Positions 37,044 to 50,428 are shown, numbered from the stretch's first letter. The stretch: 64,000 nt of DNA from Octopus sinensis (GCF_006345805.1 NC_042997.1:157852001-157916000); one strand, 5' to 3'. The notes: a model not told the origin generated them from the sequence alone. Numbers and translations: made by a program.

Positions 37044-40000
37044 TTTTTTTTTTCTTCTTTCAAATTTTCTTCCATTTCTTGCCGAGTGTCTTCCCGACTC
37101 CTAGGGCAAAGAAACTCATAGTGTATATTGGTTGGCCATTAAACCAAACTCAGTAGTTCGTTCTTTTTTTTTTTTTTTTTTAAGATAAATTAAAATACAT
37201 GAGCAGCAACAGTTCTCACATCGACAATGCTCTTCTCAATACGTGTGATGTACCAGTTAAGACAATCTTTTGCACTTCTTGCAGGGATGGTAAGCCAGGG
37301 ATCATTCTCATATAATTTTCGGTTCCCTTCTTGATCATTCCTAGTGCTCCTACGATCACTGGTATTGTAACCACCTTGAGATGCCACATTTTCTCAATTT
37401 CAATGAGTAGGTCTTTATATTTTCTGAGCTTGTCAAACTCTTTCGCTGAGATATTATGATCACAGGGGATGCTCATGTCGATCAATAAGCAAACTTTATT
37501 GTTTTGGTCTTTCACAACAATATCTGGTTTATTGGCCTTGATGGTTCGGTCTGTATGCACTGGAAAGTCCCACAGAATGGTTACATTTTCTCCTTCAGTT
37601 ACAGCCTCAGGTGGTGATTATACCACTTGTCGGCAGTTTTGATATTGTAATGCCGACTTATTAGCCAGTGGAGATATTGGCCAACTCTGTCATGTCTTAA
37701 TTTATACTCCACTGGTGCTAAGACTTTACATCCAGAGATTAGGTGGTCCACTGTTTCAATCATGTCGTTGCAGAATCGGCATTTTGGGTCTGCTCCATTT
37801 TTCATCACATTGCCTGGTAGTTCCGGGTTAATAGGCTTTGGTCTTGAGCAGCCAGGATGAAACCTTCGCTCTCTGCTTTTAGCCCTGAGCTCCGCAGCCA
37901 CTGATGGGTTTGCTTCTGGTCAACATCAGCTTGTTTGCTGCGGGTCACATATTTGCCGTGCAGAGGTTTCTCCTCCCACCTATCAGCCAATTGCTCGTGA
38001 GCTTTTTTCATTGCCATCATTTTCACCTTCTTTGCAACAATAGTTGCCGTACTTCCCTCGGTTGTTCAGTTTGGGTATCCTGCACGAGATCAATAGCAAA
38101 TTTTTTGCTTTCCTTGATGATAGAATGAAGCTTCTTTCGTCTCTCGTGATTTTCCACGAGCTTTAGCATCCAGTCATTCGATATTTCGAGATATTTGGCC
38201 AGTCCAATTGTGGTTGTTTTGTAAGCTAGTTCAAATTGGATCAGGCCTCGACCTCCTTGGGCTCTGGGAAGGTAAAGGCGATCTACGTCTGCCTTTGGGT
38301 GGTGCATCCTATTACAACTCAGCAGCTTGCGTATTTTTCTATCTATATTCTTTACTTCACTCATATTCCAGTTCAACACATTGTAGCTATAAGTAACAAC
38401 TGGAACTGCTAAGGAATTTATAGCTAACACCTTGTTACGTGCATTTAGTTCAGATTTCAGGACTGCACGAACTCTCCTATAACATTCCTTCCTGATTTTC
38501 TCTTTCATGCTTGCATGCTGAATACCAGAGCCTTCATTTATCCCTAAATATTTGTATGTCTGTTCTTGCTCAAGCTCTCTTATGACTGTGTCAACATCTA
38601 ACACGACTGAATTTGTGGTCTTCACTTTCCCTTTCTGGAAAGTGACCTTGGCACACTTCTCAAGTCCAAACTCCATCCCGATGTCATCGTTGAATGCTTT
38701 CACGGTGCGCAATAGGCCTTCAAGTTCATTATTGTCTTTACCATAAAGTTTTAAGTCATCCATATAAAATAGATGGCTTATTTTTTTATTGGCAATTTTA
38801 TACCCATACCCTGTTCTGTTTAATTCACTTGTAAGGGGTATTAGGGCTATGCAGAATATTAAAGGTGAAAGTGAGTCACCTTGAAAAATTCCACAGTTGA
38901 TGTTTATATTTTCTGAGGTAAGTACTCCATTAGAGTGGTATAATTGGAGATTCGTATTCCACAACGACATATTGTGCTTCAGGAAGTTTGAAATCACAGG
39001 GGAAATTTTAAAGATGTCCAGCGATCTCAAGATCCATGGATGCGGTATACTGTCGAAGGCCTTTTTTATAGTCAATCCATGCGGTGCTGAGATTTCTGCG
39101 CTTGTTGTGACAGTTCTCAAGGATCATACGATTGATTAGCAGTTGATCTTTGCATCCGTAAGAGCCTCGGCGGCACCCTTTTTGTTCAATGGGGAAAATA
39201 TCGTTCTTCTCCATGAATGCATATGTTTTCTCCGCCAGGATAGATGTTAGGATTTTATACGTGGTGGATAGACAAGTTATAGGCCGATAGTTTTTTGGAA
39301 GGTTGGTTTCGTTATTCTTTGGGAGTAGGTAAGTAATCCCACTTGCTCACCATTCAGGTGTTTTCTTTGGGTCTCTCAAAATTCCATTGAGCAGCTGAAC
39401 TAGCTTACCGTGTGCGCACGGGAGCGATGCGAGCCAGAAATTCGGCACCCTATCTTTACCGGGGGATTTCCAATTATGGGCCTTCGTGAGTGCCTTTCTT
39501 AGGTCTGCTATTGTGATGTCTTCCCATGCTTGTTGTTGTAAATTTTGGTAGGATCCTTCAGTTTGTATAATCCAGTCTGCATTTATGTTGTACGTCTTCT
39601 TGTCACTCCAAATCCTTTCCCAAAAGTTTTGAACTTCTTCCAGGGGAGGGGGGTCTTTAACGGTTACTTTCTCCTTCCCTATTTCTCTGTAGAATTTTTT
39701 GGCATTGGATGTGAACAGCTTATTTTGCTTGTAAAACTTGTTTCTCTTCTCAAATCTTCGTATTCTTTGGGCTTTTGCTTGGACTTTTTGTTTCAGCGTT
39801 TCTTTTATTGATATCAGTTCTTCTCTTGGTGAGGATCCAAATTTTCTCTTCATCTTTCTTCCTGTTCTGGATCATACATCATTTCCACATATTAGTTCAT
39901 TTAATATTGATATTTCCCCTCTCATAAATTCAATCTCTTTTTCAATTTTACTTCTCCAGGTTTGATTTCTTCCCAGGTTTTGTTTTCTTTGTTTTTTCGG

Positions 40001-40950
40001 GGGCATACAGCTGGTTTCAATTGCCCTAGCAGAAGCGTAAATAATTTCATTTAACTCAGTAAAATCAGGTTTTAATTCTCGTATTATTTCATTTGTTACA
40101 TAGTTGCCAATTTGGATTTGTTTTTTATTTTGGTTTGTATTTGAGAGTTTATGAAGCGGTTCTCTATCATTCATACTTGTATGTCTTACAACTTCAAGCG
40201 TATTCAGGATTTTCTGCCTCATTTCTGCCATAGACTCTCTGTGTTCTTCAGCAAATGCGAGATCTTCAGTTACTGTTGTTTTTTCGTTTTCCTGGCTATC
40301 TTTAACAGGTACAATAGAATTCTTGTATCTTCAGGCCTTTGCGTACTTTGGTCAGATGGCAGTCTTTCAATTAAGCCTCGTGGCGGGCTATACTGTTCAT
40401 CTGATTCTTCATTTCCTTTGTGTCTTATATTTATGTCATTTTCCGTTGCGTGCTTGATCGCACTTATTTCACTGTCTGTGAGTCTGTTATTTCTAAAGAT
40501 ATCCCTCCTCACATTTGCTAATTTGTTCTCGTCCAAATAGGGCCTACTGTCTTGATTCCGTGTTCTCCATATACTGTAAGAGTTTGCGGTGTGTCTCTCT
40601 TGAGATGGCCTACCTAATGCATAGTAATAAGCGTATATTACTTCTTTATACTCTTCTCGGGTCCATTTGTTCCGCTTACATTTTTCTTTCTGTGGTGGTT
40701 GTGGTGGTGAGTTGAGGGATTTCCCGTTCAAGTGACCATCCATGTCCGTATTCGGAGAAGAGTTTGTGCCAGTTGATGAATTTCGATCCCAGGCTGGCTC
40801 TTCCCTGGGGGACGCGCTTCCAGATTAACCATAGGACAAGCGATTTGGTATACTGATTTAGTTTTCCTTTTAGTTTCCAAAAACATTTTGGTGCTACGAT
40901 AATGTTATCATTTTTTTAGCTTTGATTGGCTCGTGGGGAGACGGCCATCA
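37043..40950 (-). mobile_element. Near full-length R4/Dong-clade non-LTR retrotransposon, lineage 2
   Basis: Single disrupted ORF with N-terminal KRNKWTREEYKEVIYAYY, RT (KSPGKD, KNYRPITCL, EQKGCRRG, DYKKAFDS, GIFQGDSLSP, HLFYMDDLKLY), CRFC…DHLISGC…RHD zinc knuckle and KPDIVV…IDMSIP…K..KYKDL RLE; (ATT)n at both ends. Confidence 0.93.
37216..40743 (-). pseudogene. R4/Dong ORF (~1175 codons: RT + RLE), disrupted
   Basis: Hand alignment joins the ORF-track pieces via 1-bp frameshifts near 40325, 39062, 38060, 37812 and 37610 and in-frame TGA stops at 39872 and 39347. Confidence 0.85.
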
Positions 40951-40961
40951 TTGCCGTTACA

Positions 40962-41023
<62 letters not shown>

Positions 41024-41080
41024 CATTATTATTATTACTATTGTTGTTGTTGTTGATGTTGTTGTAATTATTATTATTAT

Positions 41081-41610
41081 TGAAGGAGAAAGCAGTGCAT
41101 TCCATCAAAGTTACACTGGGGTACAAATATAGCCCAAATTACCCATCAACACTATCCGTCTGGTGAGGGTGCAACAGGCACATGCATCACAACCATATGG
41201 GTGCGACATGGTGATCTTATATCAAGATGAACAGCGCATGAACTTGCAGAGGTGAGTCCAGTTAGAATTTTCTACAGGTCGAGTAACCCATCTCGCTCAA
41301 AAGATCCTTGAATAAGAGTTGTTTACGGATGTTGAACGAAGCACCCATGTTTCCAAAGGTGAATAAATCAAACCCCAAAGTATTCCTCTCAATACATGGC
41401 TATGATGTTCACCCACTATTTCTGCTCGTGATCAGAGATGCACATATAGTTAACCACCAGGGGACATGCTCAACTGGTTAAGGTTAAACAACTGACAAGC
41501 AAATCTGTGGTATTGAGCAGAATATTTGCTGTAGCCCATCTCTTATACCAAGACAAAACATGTAAGCGATAACACTTCCAATCAGTTAAGATCTGGAGAC
41601 ATGAGAGCAG
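41081..41610 (-). mobile_element. ~554-bp element, copy F (diverged)
   Basis: Reverse complement of copy B; its 3' end abuts the (ATT)n at 40960-41080 that also borders the R4 5' end. Confidence 0.8.
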
Positions 41611-42246
41611 TAATTGTTCTTATTAATATAATCAGCGACAGAAAAAGAAGTGTTGTTTGCGTGTATTCTATTACAATATACAATATATTTTAAAAACTTA
41701 ACTAACAACATACATTTATGGTGAAGATAGAAACTAACTAGGGCTTTTGTGCCATGAGCCTCTTTTCCACGTGCACGTCTACGATAAGCATTCACGTAAG
41801 CGTTATAAAGAAGACAACCGCACAGTTTAAAAGTACCAGGGTTACAAGTAAAAAAAAATCTCAAACACATACACACATATGTCACACATGTGTGTGAGTG
41901 TGTGCGTGTCAGTGTATGTGTAAGAATGTGTGAAAATGAACTATGACAATTTGAATAAATATATAGGATTTTGTCGGAATGCATGCATATTATTTGAAGG
42001 GCTAGCTGAGTGAAGGATAATAAGGGCAATTACAATAAATCTATAACATCCCTCGCCCAATTCATTAACACACATTTACATATGCACGAACATACGAACA
42101 GATACTCATTCGCACCTGAGCATTACTCCGTATCTATCTCTTATGATATTATCAATATATCTACCTTAACATGCTTGCTTTAACGTTCTTCTACACGCAC
42201 ACACACATACAAACACACACACACTCCTCGCTATCTCTCTTTATAT

Positions 42247-42283
<37 letters not shown>

Positions 42284-42284
<1 letters not shown>

Positions 42285-42540
42285 AGGAACGACCCTTCAG
42301 CAGTTAGACAAAATTACAGAAGCTACATACATAATAGAAGATAAACCTAACCAGAATAGGAAACTGGAATGGAACACTAGCACACATCTCACAACACACC
42401 ACAACATATGACAGAATAAGATCCCCATAAACTGATAACATTATAAACAAAACTAAAATCATAATAAAATACACAGATAAACAAATGGAAGTAAATAACT
42501 ATATACATTAACAAAAATAGAATTAATTTAACTAAATACA

Positions 42541-42623
<83 letters not shown>

Positions 42624-43379
42624 TAATAATAAGTAGGTGCAAACACATGAGCAAAATAATCAAAAACAAATTACACGAACGTGTATAAACAGGAGATACA
42701 AATATTACAGGCACTTCCCCCCCATACACACTAACCAAACATAGACACACATAGGGGTATACGCATGCGCAAATAAAGACATACAATAGGAATACAAAAT
42801 AAAAATGGCTGACCGTCAGTAAGGAGAGACACACAAATAAGAAAGAGGAAAGCAAAAGACCACTGGTGAGGTCACAGAAGTGTGACGAAAGAACTCTGGC
42901 CGAAATAAGATTAAGATTAATCTAAAAAATAAGTAAAGCCGAAGCAAATTAACACCAAATATATAGTGCGTGTGTTTTTATTGGTTAAACTGGCAACATG
43001 ACCATTCCTAAATACAACAACATCTGTTTCAACACACGACTTCACATCAAGAATCTTGCAAAACAAATATATAAACGTATATATATATATATTATATATA
43101 TATATATAATATATATATATATAAGGAACGACCCTTCAGCAGTTAGACAAAATTACAGAAGCTACATACATAATAGAAGATAAACCTAACCAGAATAGGA
43201 AACTGGAATGGAACACTAGCACACATCTCACAACACACCACAACATATGACAGAATAAGATCCCCATAAACTGATAACATTATAAACAAAACTAAAATCA
43301 TAATAAAATACACAGATAAACAAATGGAAGTAAATAACTATATACATTAACAAAAATAGAATTAATTTAACTAAATACA

Positions 43380-43466
<87 letters not shown>

Positions 43467-43922
43467 TAATAATAAGTAGGTGCAAACACATGAGCAAAAT
43501 AATCAAAAACAAATTACACGAACGTGTATAAACAGGAGATACAAATATTACAGGCACTTCCCCCCATACACACTAACCAAACATAGACACACATAGGGGT
43601 ATACGCATGCGCAAATAAAGACACATACAATAGGAATACAAAATAAAAATGGCTGACCGTCAGTAAGGAGAGACACACAAATAAGAAAGAGGAAAGCAAA
43701 AGACCACTGGTGAGGTCACAGAAGTGTGACGAAAGAACTCTGGCCGAAATAAGATTAAGATTAATCTAAAAAATAAGTAAAGCCGAAGCAAATTAACACC
43801 AAATATATAGTGCGTGTGTTTTTATTGGTTAAACTGGCAACATGACCATTCCTAAATACAACAACATCTGTTTCAACACACGACTTCACATCAAGAATCT
43901 TGCAAAACAAATATATAAACGT
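42284..43922 (+). mobile_element. Tandem pair (~840-bp period) of PLE 3'-ORF end plus pLTR units
   Basis: Each unit begins TTLQQLDKITEATYIIEDKPNQNRKLEWN (GIY-YIG C-terminal pattern QITEA..I…P.LN.K.EW), contains a (TAA)n and an HHR-like motif, and is bounded by (TA)n. Confidence 0.75.
42858..42901 (+). ncRNA. Hammerhead-like motif, A6G variant (second copy at 43702-43745)
   Basis: GACCA CTGGTGA G GTCAC-agaagt-GTGAC GAAA G-AA-C TC TGGCC; the core deviates from CUGANGA. Confidence 0.5.
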
Positions 43923-43959
43923 ATATATATATATATATATAATAAATGCGCCCTTTTAA

Positions 43960-44182
43960 AGACTAGCCAGGCTCATGGGCCCGGTTTCTCTGGCGTATGT
44001 GTTTCCCAGCCGGACGGGACGCCAGTCCATCGCAGCGTTACTCATTTTTGCCAGCTGAGTGGACTGGAGCAACGTGAAATGAAGTGTTTTGCTCAAGAAC
44101 ACAACGCATCGCCCGGTCCAGGAATCGAAACCACAATCTTACGATCCTGATGATTATACCCTAACCACTAAACCACGCGGCT

Positions 44183-44185
<3 letters not shown>
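43960..44185 (-). mobile_element. tRNA-derived SINE family C
   Basis: Minus-strand head TGGTTTAGTGG (A box) … GGTTTCGATTCC (B box) … TGTTCTTGAGCAAAACACTT…. Confidence 0.8.
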
Positions 44186-44233
<48 letters not shown>

Positions 44234-45124
44234 CATATACTTACATACACACACACACACACATATAATTTATTTATTTATTTATTTAGACCCAATAAAC
44301 TTGCACCTCCAGTGCTAATAAAATTACAGACTTCTATAGCCATTGCCTCTATAGCCAGTTGAAGTTTAACTCTTCCCGCAACACTCTCTATATCATATTC
44401 GTTGTACCGATGGGCTATAATTTGAAAAATCCATTTATCTTATGTTATGTACAATTCTTCGACATTTACTCCATCTCCCACCCCGTCTGGCCATCCAATA
44501 AACCTCGCCCACACTAGTGTGTCGACAATATAATTTGGTCCTTTGCATCCTATCTGGACTTCATCATTCCTTATCAACGGACTTCCCTGCTTACTTATCC
44601 CTCAGTATACATCTTCTATGACTGTGTGTATATGCGTGTGTGTGCGTATGTGTGTGTGCGCGTGTGTGTATGCGCAGGTGTGTGTATGCGCAGGTGTGTG
44701 CATGTGTGTGGGGGCGTGTATATACATATGTATATATATATGTATGAGTTTATAGATATATATATTAGTGTCAATTAATATTCCCTTAACTACTTTGTTA
44801 TATACGCTCTCACTATAAACTAGTCTCTATCTACCCTTATGCATTTACAAGTTTAGCTCTCCTTCATAGTCCTACAGTATCTGGAGGCCTTCGACTCATA
44901 CCTACCTCAGTTTGTTTTCAACGATGCAACTAAGAACCTCTGCAATCTGTTAGCATGAATTTTCTGTGATAAATCAACAATGGACTTCCTTACACTATCT
45001 TTTACTATGGATCTCCTTAATCTTTTGATCATAAATCTACCAACCAATATCGTATTTTAATTTGGACGCTCCCTCAATGAAGGGTAACTAATGATATCCT
45101 GAATTAAGAATATTCCTTACTGCT

Positions 45125-45221
45125 TTCTCTCCGACGAAGTTATGCCTAGCTGACGTAGAAATTTTTACTTAATGATATATGATTCGCATGCTTAGCTATT
45201 CTTGAAACAGCTGTAAGAGAA
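45125..45221 (+). ncRNA. Type I hammerhead variant (U4C core)
   Basis: Perfect stem I TTCTCT/AGAGAA; CCGACGA at 45131-45137; long imperfect stem II; GAAA at 45204-45207; palindromic stem III ACAGCTGT; GUA at 45213-45215. Confidence 0.6.
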
Positions 45222-45664
45222 TTTACCTATGTAGTATAACTACTCCGTACTATGTTTAGATTATAGATTAAATGCTCTCACAGCGATATCGTATGTTTTG
45301 ATTTTTCCTTTAGTTTCTTCTTTTCTAGTTTCAGCTCGAGAGCTGTGCCCATGCTGGGGGTACCGCCGTTAGCTTTGCTACACTTACATTATTTAAAACC
45401 GCGTCTGATATCAGGAATTCGCTGAATGTAGGAGTTTAATGTTGCCGCCCCCATCTTCGGTTCTTGCTGCGAGGTAGTTTCATCGGAACTCTTGACAGGA
45501 GGAGAGCCAATTTCTTTTTAACACGTCTACATCCACCTCATGCAGGTAACTCAGGCTTTATAGGAGGATATTCAGTGGGTGTGGGCCTTTGAAACCCAAG
45601 CTGTTGATGTATCTGGTCCTGATGGCAATGTTCAGATATTTGGTACTATGCTGTGGTACCCCGT

Positions 45665-45815
45665 CTGTTTTTACGACCTGAGTCAAAATTCCGCCGATGT
45701 CAACTTTGCCCGTCACCCTTTCGGGGTCAATACATTAAGTACCATTTGAACAGAGGGGTCGATGTAATCGTCTTACCCCTCTCCCGCCGAAATTGCTGGC
45801 TTTGTGCCAAAGTTT
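45665..45815 (+). mobile_element. SINE family B, diverged
   Basis: aaattccgccgatgtcaactttgcccgtcaccctttcggggtcaatac…. Confidence 0.7.
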
Positions 45816-45821
45816 GAAATC

Positions 45822-45859
<38 letters not shown>

Positions 45860-45974
45860 TGTATGTATGTATGTATGTATGTATGTATGTATGTATTGGG
45901 TGTCTATAATTTAAAAAATGAGAAGAAAAGACAAGATAACACAGCAAATATTATTGGAAAACATACGCAAACAA

Positions 45975-46082
45975 AGTTTTATTAGAAACATCAGAACATT
46001 CCCACGTGGGCTCTACCAGGAATCTATTAGCTTTTGTCTGAATTTTTTAAATTGGAAAGGTAATTTATGGACACCCTCTGTA
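45975..46082 (-). mobile_element. Probable Tc1/mariner terminal fragment
   Basis: Minus strand starts TACAGAGGGTGTCCATAAATTAC (TA plus a Tc1/mariner-like TIR start) next to (TACA)n. Confidence 0.45.
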
Positions 46083-46196
46083 CATACATACATACATACA
46101 TACATACATACATACATACATACATACATACATACATACATACATACAGACAGACAGACAGACAGACATACATGTATACATGTACACATACGCATA

Positions 46197-46252
<56 letters not shown>

Positions 46253-47325
46253 CGCACAAACATACACACATATGCATACGTGGGTATATATGTATATATA
46301 TATGTGTGAGTGTGTATGTGTATACATACACATATACATATATAAATACATACATACATACACACACAGACACACACATGTAGGAACACAAGCGTACACT
46401 TATTTCACTATATATGACGTTATGTGAGTATATGCATACAATCCCATGTACATGTAGACATACATACATACATTCGCACAAATGTTTACAATCAAATATA
46501 TGCATATAAAGCTATATACATTCCTATATACATATGTCGTAGTTTTCTTAGCCCGTCAAGTACACTCATTTTCATTGATATAGTGGTAGCTTTTGCTTTG
46601 AAGGTGGTTTTCACGTTTATGTGCTGTAAACTGCACCATCCTTCTCCTTCAGCTTCGGACCACTAACGTTGCCTAGATCACACTCAATGCAAAGAAAATT
46701 AAATCGTGCAGGTAATTTTTCGCATGACTACACCCGATTGTCTTTTACAGGAAGTTCACTCAAGCGTATATCTGGTTTTTCTATTTTCCGAACTCTTTAT
46801 TTCATTGATATAAAGCAGAAGGTTGTTAACAAGGCAAAAGGATGAAGAGATAGAGAAAGTGAAAGTTGATTTTCAGTGTCAATGCGATGGAACCAATATT
46901 TATGTCTGTTGGGATGGAATATCCTGAGAAGCAATTAACTCTTATATCAGTGTTTATATTATTAGACTTCCTATCATTCTCCGGTTAATATCGATCAATG
47001 CAATAGAACACGGCGCCAGAACCAGCTCCACTGCCGCCGCCACCACCGCCACCACGAGCTTCCATTATCACAACAATTCTCTTGTTCCTCCTCCTCCCCC
47101 TCTTCATCGTCGTCGTCATCATCGTTATCATCGTCATCATCATCACCATCACCATTGCTTTGATCATCTTCACAGTTATCGCATTCAACTTCTAATGATG
47201 ATCATCAAAATAATAGTCATCATTACCAGCACCACCACCAGCACCTTATGACGATAATTTTGGTGGTGGTTATGCTGCTAATAATGATTCTTCCTTATTT
47301 CTCATTATTATAGTTATATTTAATT

Positions 47326-47326
<1 letters not shown>

Positions 47327-47390
<64 letters not shown>

Positions 47391-47440
47391 TATCACTATC
47401 TTCATCATCATCTTCATCCTCATCATCACCATCGCCATCC
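47327..47440. repeat. (CAT)n microsatellite
   Basis: Direct observation; it explains the poly-M and poly-D ORFs. Confidence 0.95.
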
Positions 47441-48773
47441 TCATCATCGTTATCAATATCACAAACACTAGGAGTGGCATCGTATTGTGTTAACCTTGAC
47501 ATTCACTCAACCGTTTTCAAGCACGCCGATTTAAAATCTGCTTACCGTCCACACTAGCATCGGCACCACCAGCAAAATCACCACCGCCGCTACAACCACC
47601 TCCACCACCATACCGGCATTATGTTCATCCTACAATCAACCTTTATCAAGATCGTAAATTATCATTATCGTCTTTATCGTTAACGGAGATGGAAGTCGCT
47701 ATTTCCATCATTATCCTTATTTTCATTGTCGTCAACAATATCTTCGTAATCACCCCAAAATTACACCGCCATCATCATTCCTTTTGAAGTAGATCTTATA
47801 GCTATGATTCGCAAACAATCAAGGTGCGTTGTGAACTTATATGTAATATAAGTCGTTTGAAAATCCACCCCTGCAACGTTTTGCAAGACGTCAAACGCCG
47901 TCAAAAATTCTTCCATTATTAATTTGTTATGCACGAGCTTGAATTTAATAAACAAAGAAAGCAATAGTTATGATGCATTGATGTACAACTGGAAGCAAAA
48001 GAGCGAGTAAATATGCTTGCGTTTTTTGGTCATATCTGAGGTGGCTTCCTCCAAGAATTTTGGTCTTTTACTGAAGATCATTCTCCAAAGATCCTTTCAG
48101 CAATTGATATTGTTCGGGTGACAAGAGTGGTTGCAGGTCATTCGATACACGAGAGCTTCCTCTAATTTACTGACAGCCATCTTGATATCATCTCGTGTTT
48201 TTAGATACATTATTGATGACATTTTAGTAACATGATTTATTTTAATGGAAACCGTTTATAGTTTGGAGTACAACACAACTGGTGCAACTATAACTACTTG
48301 GTGTACAAGACCACTCACCATACTAGCAAGCCATCAACACAGTACACCACAACTGACCACCAGCATACCATAAAATACCAATATGAATCGCAAACACACC
48401 TACAGTCAAAGCCCTACCAAGCCAACCAAATGAGCAAACGCCACATTACTCTTCGCTCCTCACATCAGGCTTTACCTTCTCCTTTCTCTGTTAAGATAAT
48501 CCCATGATTCCGCAAATAAGAACGATGACAAGATATTTTAAAAATTGATACGGACTTTTAGGTCGAGACAGCTATAAATACTTAGTGATAGATTGAAAAA
48601 TATTTCCAAAGCATCTACATTATTCGAAGTATTTTGTGCGGTAGAAGATAAAGGTTTCCACTTGCTCACAAATTCACCAGACCAAATTCAATCCAATAAA
48701 AATTGAAAGTGTTATAATTCTCCTTTTTGGTGAAATATTGAAAATTTATATTCTGTTTATATTAATCGCATGC

Positions 48774-48807
<34 letters not shown>

Positions 48808-49189
48808 ATTTCAAAAATTGCACTTAAGGACGGCAAAGGAACTCATAGGAAATTGATACACAAGAGGTGAACATATTCTTCCATCATAAGTTAGCGTCCC
48901 CACATCATAACAATTTCGTGCTTTTAACGATAATGTTGTTCCTTTTAGTGGTGCCTACAGTAAAAAGTGCTGCGAACAACATGCAAATTATTCTTACTCC
49001 AATAGTAAGATGTTTAAGTAGCAGTCTTCAAAAAGTATTGGCGCCATTCTTTCGATTAAAATCCTCCTAGTCAGTGCTCCAGTGCCCTTGTCCCAACGTG
49101 GTCGCAGTCTAATGATTGAAGCAAGTAAAAGATAAAACACATACACACACACACGCACATACGGCTGCTTGCATGTAATATAAGACATT

Positions 49190-49420
49190 ATGTAAAGGCT
49201 GGCAGATACGCTTGTACGCCGGTCGAAATGCTCAGCAGTATTTCGTCTGTCTTTACGTTCTGAGTTAAAATTCCACCGAGTTCTACATTGCTTTTCATTC
49301 TTTCGTGGTCTATTAATTAAATACCAGTTGCGTACTGGAGTCGATCTAATCGACTGGTCTCCTCCTCCTCCTCCTCCTCCTCCTCCTCCAAAATTTCGGT
49401 CCTTGTGCATAGAGTAGCAC
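49190..49420 (+). mobile_element. SINE family B
   Basis: ggctggcagatacg…ttacgttctgagttaaaattccacc…accagttgcgtactggagtcgat. Confidence 0.75.
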
Positions 49421-50196
49421 TTGTGTATAGAGTAGAAAAGATTATAAGACATTACGTAAACATGTGTGTGTGAGTGTGTGTGCGTGTGTGCGTGCGTATG
49501 TGTGTGCATGCGTATGTGTGTGTGTGTGTGGTGTGTGTGTGTGTGTGATATCGTGTAGTCAACTCAATACCAGTTAGCTCCCAGAATCAATTATGATACA
49601 TATTTCAATTCCGAAAGAAAATTGACAAAACACTCTAAACAATAAAAACTATGAATAACATTATAAGTAGCTTTCCATATGTCAAAAATATAACTTTCCA
49701 ATTATTGGCTATTTTAAGGTTACTGTAACTTCCATTATAAACAACAATATGGTTACGAAACAATGGGGAGCTTATTTCGCTAAAACTCCACTCTTGGTTT
49801 CTCTCTGTCTCTTCTCCCTTTATTTCAATCTCCTCTTTCTTTTTCCCTCCTTCTGTTTATCTCTTTTAATTCGGAGCATAGGTTACATTCGCCCTGAGTG
49901 AACTGACAATGGGAAAATAAAAGATAATTCTATATTTGTAGAAAATATTTTCTGTATATTTGCATAAGAAAATATTGATCTAGTATACATATTACTCCGG
50001 CTTCTTACATATTTTGGCTCTTTACGTTCCGCGTTCAAATCCTGATGAAGTCATTTTAACTTTATCCTTTCGAGATAGGGCAGACATCGATTTCATCCAC
50101 CCAAGGGGGTTTTAGCACAGTGCCACAGAGCTCGACACGATATAATTTATAGCTTTATCTACTGCCGAATTATACCGTTAAAAAGAAATATATACT

Positions 50197-50228
<32 letters not shown>

Positions 50229-50352
50229 CTATAATATAATATATATATATATATAATATATATATTATATATATAATATATAATATATATATATTTGTGT
50301 ATATATATAAAAGCTGGTGGTTAGTTTTACAAATACATTACCTGTGGAACGA

Positions 50353-50428
50353 TCGCACTGACGAGTCTACGGACAATTGGCTTATATAAGTAATTCATTT
50401 GTTAATAGACGAAACCGCCGGTCTGTGA
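50353..50428 (+). ncRNA. Type I hammerhead ribozyme (GUC site)
   Basis: Stem I TCGCA/TGTGA; CTGACGA at 50358-50364; stem II GTCTA/TAGAC; GAAA at 50411-50414; stem III ACCG-C-CGGT; GTC at 50421-50423. Confidence 0.82.

Noticed and set aside
42284-43922. CRISPR array or satellite interpretation of the tandem units
   Set aside because: Eukaryotic context; only two long units with no repeat-spacer pattern.
43960-44185. tRNA genes at SINE heads (also 52300-52405, 8100-8195)
   Set aside because: A/B boxes are present, but the heads are fused to SINE bodies and lack a full cloverleaf.
47761-47964. 67-aa minus-strand ORF (MEEFLTAFDVLQNVAGVDF…) as a host exon
   Set aside because: No recognisable domain or confident splice pair; the length is expected by chance.
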